Positions 58,114 to 64,000 of a stretch of 64,000 nt of DNA are shown here, piece by piece. This DNA comes from a virus, in IMG/VR virus record IMGVR_UViG_3300040811_000687; one strand, given 5' to 3'. The translations under genes were made by a program, and so were the position numbers. The notes beneath the pieces are model-generated. The model did no database searches. It had not been told where the DNA came from and saw only the letters and a program-made list of their open reading frames with translations. Within the stretch, counting starts at the first letter, position 1. Each line of letters starts with the position of its first letter.

Positions 58114-58124
58114 GGAGAATATAG

Positions 58125-58952
58125 ATGGCGTGGGTAGATATCGCAGGATTAAAAAATACATTTGAACATTCAGAGGAGTTTAACGACTCTTATTGGACAA
58201 AAAACGAATGTACTATTACTGCTAATGCTACAACAGCACCAGACGGTACTCTAACAGCTGATAAACTAACAGAAAGTGCAACTGCTAATAAGGGACATAG
58301 TGTTAGTAGATATGTCGGTGGTAGTGGTACTACAAACGGTTGCTCTTATAGTGTATATGTGAAACCAGATACACGAACTAAATTCGCTATAGGTTTAGCT
58401 TTTAGTCCAGATAGTCTAACAGTTAATGCAAAATTTGATTTAACAGCAGGTACAGTTATTAGCAAAGGTAATCCTTATGGTCATGCTGTAACAGAGGCCT
58501 CTATACAAAAAATTGGTGATGATGGTTGGTTTAGATGTATTATACAAAATGGAACAAGTGGAGGAGCTTTTAATCCTAGTTGTTATCTAACAACAATGGA
58601 CGACAGTAATGACACCACGCCAGCTTCAGGTTCAGGAAGTATTTTTATCTGGGGTGCAATGTGGCAATTAGAACATGAAACTGTTGTTAATGGTACTAAC
58701 GCTGGTAGATATGTTTATAGTGGTGGTTCTTCAGGTGTTGAAGGAAGTTTATGGCAATATGAAAATGCTGCTACAGCAGCTAATACATATCCTGATTCCG
58801 CTGACGGTGCAAACTCAACTGTGTCTGGTGGAATAAGAACACACACAAGACCAGGAACTAGTGCTGTTACAAAAACATATTTAAGAACTAGAAAAAAAGG
58901 AACTACAGTTGAGAGAGGTGAGTTGTCACATACTTACTATCATGGACAATAA
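58125..58952 (+). CDS. Virion protein with a carbohydrate-binding/fibre-type domain
   Basis: SEEF..SYWTK..TITANATTAPDGTLTADKL...GWFRC...IFIWGA module; AAGGAG RBS. Confidence 0.55.
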   Translation: MAWVDIAGLKNTFEHSEEFNDSYWTKNECTITANATTAPDGTLTADKLTESATANKGHSVSRYVGGSGTTNGCSYSVYVKPDTRTKFAIGLAFSPDSLTVNAKFDLTAGTVISKGNPYGHAVTEASIQKIGDDGWFRCIIQNGTSGGAFNPSCYLTTMDDSNDTTPASGSGSIFIWGAMWQLEHETVVNGTNAGRYVYSGGSSGVEGSLWQYENAATAANTYPDSADGANSTVSGGIRTHTRPGTSAVTKTYLRTRKKGTTVERGELSHTYYHGQ

Positions 58953-59439
58953 AAAAACAAGAATATATTGTGACATGGATGGTGTCCTTTGCGACTTTGT
59001 AAAGGGTGTTGAGAAACTACATGGTATAACTATTAATAACTGGTCATACGGAAGTAAAACTGAAAAGTGGGCTAAAGTAAAAGCAACACCTAAATTTTGG
59101 CATACGTTACCATGGCATACTGGTGGTAGACAACTCTGGTCTTTCATATCAAAGTATAAGGCACATATACTATCAGCATACGTAGAGGAAAGTTTTGATC
59201 CTAATTGTATACCAGGCAAGACACATTGGGCAAGAACAAATTTAGGTATATCAGGTAATAGAATTAATCTAGTTAAACGAGTGCAAAAACAAAATTACGC
59301 AAGGGTCATGGGCAGTCCTGCCATTCTAATAGATGACTATAAGAAGAATACAGATCAATTTAAAGCAAAGGGTGGTATAGGCATACACCATACAACAGTA
59401 GGTAACACTTTAAGAGAGTTAAGATCACTAGGTTTCTAA
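58942..59439 (+). CDS. HAD-family 5'(3')-nucleotidase-like phosphatase
   Basis: IYCDMDGVLCDF, ILS, GK..W, LIDD, GGIGI.H. Confidence 0.85.
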   Translation: MDNKKTRIYCDMDGVLCDFVKGVEKLHGITINNWSYGSKTEKWAKVKATPKFWHTLPWHTGGRQLWSFISKYKAHILSAYVEESFDPNCIPGKTHWARTNLGISGNRINLVKRVQKQNYARVMGSPAILIDDYKKNTDQFKAKGGIGIHHTTVGNTLRELRSLGF

Positions 59440-59450
59440 CTTATTTCCGT

Positions 59451-59458
59451 TATAAATA
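59451..59458 (+). promoter_or_regulatory. Late promoter
   Basis: TATAAATA. Confidence 0.75.
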
Positions 59459-59506
59459 GTGTTAGTTATAACAACAAAGTTAATTAATTAATTAAGGAGA
59501 AAAACA

Positions 59507-60079
59507 ATGGCTTTATGGGGAAACGATATTAAACCCAAAAACTTAACCGAAGCTGAGAAGAAGGAAGTATACGCTACTGCTTCAGGCTGGGTTAGAGAAG
59601 CGGGTTCAATTCTTTCAGGTAATGATAACACAGCTGCTACACCAGAAGTTTTGGTTGCAGTTGGTCAACTTGCTACTAATATGGGTGCAGGTGACATTAC
59701 TGAAATAGAATTTATTACGACAGCATTTGATAAATCTGCTGGCGGAACACTACAAGTAAGAGTAAGATTTAATGAAGACGTAACTGTAACAGGTACACCA
59801 CAATTATCAGTAACAAATGGTAACGAAGGTACTGGTACAGGTAGAGGTCCTCATGTATTATCTTATACTTCAGGATCAAATACTAACGAATTGGTATTCG
59901 GCTTGACTATAGGTGCTGCTGACGCTGCTACCGAGGCTGACGATGTACTAACAATTGGTGCTAACGCAATGTCACTTAACGGTGGTACAGTAAAAGATAG
60001 AGGTACGGCAACGAACTCTACTATTACTAACGCTTCATCAATAGGTACAGCTGCTGGTTCAATTACAGTTGTAGCATAA
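59507..60079 (+). CDS. Virion structural protein with Ig-like C-terminal domain
   Basis: MALWG..., FNEDVTVTGTPQL, Y.SGS.TNELVF; AAGGAG RBS. Confidence 0.65.
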   Translation: MALWGNDIKPKNLTEAEKKEVYATASGWVREAGSILSGNDNTAATPEVLVAVGQLATNMGAGDITEIEFITTAFDKSAGGTLQVRVRFNEDVTVTGTPQLSVTNGNEGTGTGRGPHVLSYTSGSNTNELVFGLTIGAADAATEADDVLTIGANAMSLNGGTVKDRGTATNSTITNASSIGTAAGSITVVA

Positions 60080-60091
60080 TAATAATAAATT

Positions 60092-60117
60092 TATAGGGGT
60101 CCTAAAAAGCCCCTATA
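60092..60117 (+). terminator. Hairpin with CCTAAAAA loop
   Basis: TATAGGGGT-CCTAAAAA-GCCCCTATA. Confidence 0.5.
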
Positions 60118-60186
60118 TAATAATAACAATTGATGTAGTCAAATGGCTACAGTAGCATTCCCGAAAGGGTTTAAAAAGGAGAAAAA

Positions 60187-60648
60187 ATGGCAGACAAAAA
60201 AGTAACACAATTAACTGATCTAGGCGACGCTCTAGATACAGCAGATTTATTTCACGTAATAGATGACCCGAGTGGCACACCTATTAACAAAAAAATTTCA
60301 GCTGAAAATGTATTCAACAATATTCCAAGTTGGATTGCATTAAAACAAACAGCACAAACAATTACAGCAAGTGGTTCAACTCAAGCAGCTGATCTAACTT
60401 CAGCAGTGACTTTGATTGACGCTACTTCAAACACAGCACCAACAACACTAGCAGCTGCTTCAACAGATGGACAAATTAAAACAATTTTAAATTCATCTAC
60501 AAGTGGTACAAATGCAGTGACAATTACACCATCAAACTTTAAACAAGGTACAACAGTTACGTTAAACGCTCCAGGTGAGTCAGTAACTATGATTTACAAG
60601 TCAAGTTTTTGGTATATAATCGGTGGTGAGGGTTACGTAGTAGCTTAA
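60187..60648 (+). CDS. Virion structural protein
   Basis: MADKKVTQLT...DDPSGTPINKKIS, DGQIKTI; AAGGAG RBS. Confidence 0.65.
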   Translation: MADKKVTQLTDLGDALDTADLFHVIDDPSGTPINKKISAENVFNNIPSWIALKQTAQTITASGSTQAADLTSAVTLIDATSNTAPTTLAAASTDGQIKTILNSSTSGTNAVTITPSNFKQGTTVTLNAPGESVTMIYKSSFWYIIGGEGYVVA

Positions 60649-60682
60649 TATATAATATAATATAATATAATAGGAGTATATA

Positions 60683-60880
60683 ATGATAATTGATGAGAAA
60701 TTATTACTAGAGGAAAAAGAGAAGTTAACAAAAGAGTTTAATGATCTTGCCTCTAAAATTAAGAGTGTTGAGTTAAATGTAGGTACTATGAAAGCAAATT
60801 TAAATGCAATTAATGGTGCTATACAACAAACAGACAATCTTTTAAATAAGGTAAAAGAACAAAAAAATGAAAAAATTTAA
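60683..60880 (+). CDS. Small coiled-coil protein
   Basis: LNAINGAIQ heptads; AGGAG RBS. Confidence 0.6.
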   Translation: MIIDEKLLLEEKEKLTKEFNDLASKIKSVELNVGTMKANLNAINGAIQQTDNLLNKVKEQKNEKI

Positions 60881-61004
60881 ATCATTCATAAAAGAAGAAG
60901 ATTTAAAAGACTTTGAGGAAGATTGTTTAGCAGGCAAAAAACCTGTTAAACAACCGACCGAAGAAACAGAAAAAAAGGAAACTAAAGAAGATGAAAACAT
61001 TTAA
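60867..61004 (+). CDS. 45-aa acidic peptide with capsid-targeting-like N-terminus
   Basis: MKKFKSFIKEEDLKDFEED...ENI; overlaps both neighbours; not in the ORF track. Confidence 0.55.
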   Translation: MKKFKSFIKEEDLKDFEEDCLAGKKPVKQPTEETEKKETKEDENI

Positions 61005-61419
61005 GAAGTACTTAAACGAACAACATGGAATAGGCGTTGGTACACCGGAAGTTAACTCTGTAGAAGATGGTAGCATTGGTGTTCACAATATACATGATCC
61101 TGAAGTTTTAAAAAGAGTAAATGCTTTTGTGGGATCAATAGGCGAAAGAGAATACATTAAACCAGGTTTTGCAATTGACGAGCTGAGAACAAAATTATCT
61201 AAAATAGGATTAGAAGTTAGTCCTTGTGCTATGGATGGTGACAGCGGAACAGTTAATTGTGAAGTTACTGCTTACGGCGGAAGATTTGGTAAAGATATAG
61301 ATGGTTCTGATATTAATGATGATGGTATATCACACAAAAAAGAGGGTGGCCTTAAACTAGAGGTTAAGTACGAAACATTAAAAACAGGAACATCAAAAGT
61401 CTACGCTAAATTAGTATAG
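60991..61419 (+). CDS. Conserved hypothetical protein
   Basis: MKTFKKYLNE...RVNAFVG...YGGRFGKD. Confidence 0.65.
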   Translation: MKTFKKYLNEQHGIGVGTPEVNSVEDGSIGVHNIHDPEVLKRVNAFVGSIGEREYIKPGFAIDELRTKLSKIGLEVSPCAMDGDSGTVNCEVTAYGGRFGKDIDGSDINDDGISHKKEGGLKLEVKYETLKTGTSKVYAKLV

Positions 61420-61425
61420 GTTATA

Positions 61426-61788
61426 ATGTTCAAAGAAATAACCAAAGAAAACTGGTTGCTTTTTGCACAGCATAATTATGATAATCCTACTCTAGAAGAT
61501 GAGAAGGAATTCTATGAAGATATTAAAAGAATAAGATATCTAAAAAGGTTATTTCGTAAGTATAGTGTAACAGGTAAACTAAAAGTTAGATTAGTAGTTA
61601 ATCACTTGATAGTATTACAAAACGTATTCGGAGTTGAATGTGCCGTTTCACTATTACTGTTTAAAATAGATAGTAAATATTGGGGAATATTAAAATCTTT
61701 TTTAGAGTACCTTGAATACTTATATCCACACGAGTTAAAAAGTATTGAAAGAGATTCTGAAATACAAAGATTATTAGAGGAACTATAA
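61426..61788 (+). CDS. Conserved T4-like hypothetical protein
   Basis: FAQHNYDNP, EFYEDIKRIRYLKRLF, NHLIVLQNVFG. Confidence 0.75.
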   Translation: MFKEITKENWLLFAQHNYDNPTLEDEKEFYEDIKRIRYLKRLFRKYSVTGKLKVRLVVNHLIVLQNVFGVECAVSLLLFKIDSKYWGILKSFLEYLEYLYPHELKSIERDSEIQRLLEEL

Positions 61789-62264
61789 TGAATAGAGGTG
61801 TAGATTTATTAATAACATATAGAATTATCAAGATGTTATCAACACCATTTAATAAGCAAGACGCTTTTAAATATGGTATCATTGACGACAAAGGTACTGT
61901 ATTAAGAAAGTTTAGAACTATCACAAGTCCAAAAGAAAAGAGAGCATATACTTTACTTCATAGATTTGTATTCAATCTAAAAAGACTACTAGCCAAAGCA
62001 GGAGTTAGAGGTGCTTTAGGTTCTTTTGCAGTTGCAGCCGCTCTTTTATTTAAAGAAAATAAAGAGGCTAAAAAACATCAATTAATAATAGAATCCGCTG
62101 TGATCACATACTTAAAACAAACAGATCAGTATGACTCTATGTTATCAGAAAACATAAATATACCAGACATACAGGAGACGCCAATTATGAATTGTTTTGG
62201 TGTTGACGTGTTTGAACAAAACGGAGAATTAATAAGCGAGTACGATTATGACAAAACATTATAA
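61788..62264 (+). CDS. Conserved T4-like hypothetical protein
   Basis: YRIIKMLSTPF..DAFKYGIIDDKG, YTLLHRFVFNLKR. Confidence 0.75.
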   Translation: MNRGVDLLITYRIIKMLSTPFNKQDAFKYGIIDDKGTVLRKFRTITSPKEKRAYTLLHRFVFNLKRLLAKAGVRGALGSFAVAAALLFKENKEAKKHQLIIESAVITYLKQTDQYDSMLSENINIPDIQETPIMNCFGVDVFEQNGELISEYDYDKTL

Positions 62265-62616
62265 AGCAATGATGGATGAACTCATCAATAAGATGGACGA
62301 AGACGCTCCAACTAACGCCACAGGTACAGCCGTTGCAGGTACAGGTGATGACAATACGGTACATGCTTTAACAAAATCACATAACAAATATAAAAGGGAT
62401 AACTTATCTACAGCAAAAGGATATGTTGGTTCTGTTGTACCTTTATCAACAAAAATTAAAGAAAGTGATGACAATAATAATGTAGTATTAAAAGGTGTAC
62501 TAGATAAAATTGATAGTATAGAAATTAAAATAGATGAAATGACAGAAACACCTACGGAGATTGTTGAAGAACAAGAACCACAATACAAAACATTTAGGGA
62601 CAAATACAATGCGTAA
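62248..62616 (+). CDS. Hypothetical protein
   Basis: MDEDAPTNATG.AVAGTG motif. Confidence 0.6.
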   Translation: MTKHYKAMMDELINKMDEDAPTNATGTAVAGTGDDNTVHALTKSHNKYKRDNLSTAKGYVGSVVPLSTKIKESDDNNNVVLKGVLDKIDSIEIKIDEMTETPTEIVEEQEPQYKTFRDKYNA

Positions 62617-62932
62617 TTTCAAATCATTTAAAGAATATTTTACTGGTCAAATAAATGCAAATAAAGAATATGATTTAAAAGACAAAGCTTTATATTACAA
62701 ACTTGTAAGGCAGGCTATGTCAGTTATGCCTGGTTCTGAAAAGCAAAAACAAATTAAAAAAGAAATTGAAAGAGTACAAAAAAGATTGGGTATTAAAGAA
62801 TATGTAGGTGGGTCTATCGGTGGCCAAAGAGGACCAGGTCTAGGAAATTTTAGACCAATGGCCAGTATGAAAAAACAAGAAGGCACAGCACTACATGGAT
62901 ACCTAATCAAAGCAGGTATCTTAAAAAAATAA
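62609..62932 (+). CDS. Hypothetical protein
   Basis: MRNFKSFKEY...AM..MPGSEKQK. Confidence 0.55.
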   Translation: MRNFKSFKEYFTGQINANKEYDLKDKALYYKLVRQAMSVMPGSEKQKQIKKEIERVQKRLGIKEYVGGSIGGQRGPGLGNFRPMASMKKQEGTALHGYLIKAGILKK

Positions 62933-62940
62933 GGAGAAAA

Positions 62941-63546
62941 ATGGAATATATAGATTTATTAATACAACTAGCAACAAAATTCTGGCAGTTTACAGTATTA
63001 GGTATCTTAATAATTATAGGTGCAATAATAAATTGGTCAGATAAAATACATCTTAAAGGTAGAGATAGAAGATTCTCTTACGAAGAAATGCCACATATGC
63101 AACCAATAACAATACCTACTAAAAATAGAGGATTTTGGGGTGCAATAATATTGTGGATGTTATCAGTAAGAACTTGGAAACTATCAAGAGATTTTAAATA
63201 CAAACTAGATGGTCAAAGTTATATTATACCAGAAGGATTTGTATTTGATGGTGCAAGTGTACCAAAATTCTTAGCTTCATTCTTATCACCAGTAGGAGTT
63301 TTATTAATTGGTGGTTTAGTACATGATTATGCTTACAAGTACACAGCTTTAAGAAAAGTTGGTGCAAAGAAAGGCGAAATCTTATTACTAGACAAAGCAG
63401 AAGCAGATAGAATATTCAGAGACATTAATATAGAAGTTAACGGTTTTCATCTACTAAACTATTTAACGTATTGGACATTAAGAGCGTTTGGTTTTGTAGC
63501 ATGGAATAAACACCGAAAGGTAAACGCTAAAATAAATCTTTTGTAA
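62941..63546 (+). CDS. DUF1353-family membrane-anchored protein
   Basis: IPEGFVFDGASVP, LVHDYAY, EADRIF; N-terminal TM. Confidence 0.8.
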   Translation: MEYIDLLIQLATKFWQFTVLGILIIIGAIINWSDKIHLKGRDRRFSYEEMPHMQPITIPTKNRGFWGAIILWMLSVRTWKLSRDFKYKLDGQSYIIPEGFVFDGASVPKFLASFLSPVGVLLIGGLVHDYAYKYTALRKVGAKKGEILLLDKAEADRIFRDINIEVNGFHLLNYLTYWTLRAFGFVAWNKHRKVNAKINLL

Positions 63547-63583
63547 TAGAGATATATTTTAGACTATAAAAAAGGAGAAGAAT

Positions 63584-63742
63584 ATGGAATGGTTAAAAGG
63601 AAGAATGAAGGAACTATCATCACTACATGGTGGTGCTTTAATTGCAGTAGGATTAGTAATCTTATTTGCAAGTCCATTTGCTAAAATGGCGGCTTGGGCT
63701 GCTATAGCTTATGGAGCGTGGGCAATCTGGAAAAAAGACTGA
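63584..63742 (+). CDS. Small two-TM protein (holin-like)
   Basis: MEWLKGRMKELSSLHGGALIAVGLVILFASPFAKMAAWAAIAYGAWAIWKKD; AAGGAG RBS; not in the ORF track. Confidence 0.55.
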   Translation: MEWLKGRMKELSSLHGGALIAVGLVILFASPFAKMAAWAAIAYGAWAIWKKD

Positions 63743-63751
63743 TAGCAATCC

Positions 63752-64000
63752 ATGGGATTTAGATTATTTTTTATAGGCATAATACTCAGCACCCTTTTGG
63801 GTGCTGGCGCCTATGTTATGAAGTTACAAAAAGATAACGCTATCTTAAAAGGTAATGTTATCAAAATGGAATCAGCCATCGCTGATCAAAAGAATTTAAT
63901 TGAAAATCAAAAGAAAGACTTTGCTGAAATACTAGAAGCAAACAAAAAGATAAACGAATTAGTTGGTAATCTTAAAAAAGATTTAGACGATTTAGACAAA
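63752..64000 (+). CDS. TM + coiled-coil protein (i-spanin-like), partial
   Basis: MGFRLFFIGIILSTLLGAGAY then heptad repeats; open to the window end. Confidence 0.55.
   Translation, partial: MGFRLFFIGIILSTLLGAGAYVMKLQKDNAILKGNVIKMESAIADQKNLIENQKKDFAEILEANKKINELVGNLKKDLDDLDK

Noticed and set aside
776-62910. Numerous minus-strand and alternate-frame ORFs in the track (e.g. 10832-11224, 26947-27267, 56011-56391, 3286-3561)
   Set aside because: They are shadows of well-supported + strand genes, with no RBS or recognisable motifs.

Overview
This 64-kb window is a piece of an AT-rich, marine T4-like myophage genome. Gene content (bS21, peroxiredoxin, peptide deformylase, ferredoxin, CobS/T-like pair, Hsp20) is most consistent with a SAR11/Pelagibacter phage related to HTVC008M; the host is an inference. 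Essentially all real genes are on the + strand. Order: end of a collagen-like fibre gene and further fibre/virion genes (1-4345); neck/terminase/tail/head core gp13-gp23 (4379-17743); a split radical-SAM/SPASM pair, gp3, uvsY, 2OG-Fe(II) oxygenase, uvsW; tRNA-Gly, gp55, gp47/46, def, DUF4338-like protein, CobT/CobS-like pair, rpsU, hsp20, prx, tRNA-Gly; replication block gp45-44-62-regA-rimK-fdx-gp43-GNAT-MT-A70-DUF4338-uvsX-gp41; a late operon of enzymes and polyproteins; then virion and lysis genes. The most interesting unexplained features are: (1) a set of nucleotide-handling enzymes and modular polyproteins carrying T4 capsid-targeting-like N-termini, i.e. a probable injected protein payload; (2) two Mom/GNAT-like DUF4338 paralogs alongside two tRNA-Gly with aberrant T-loops, one with the alphaproteobacterial tmRNA-type GGCAGUA loop; (3) systematic leaderless transcripts alongside a phage bS21 and a RimK-protease fusion; (4) two structured non-coding elements. 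All calls are from motif recognition and synteny only; no searches were run.
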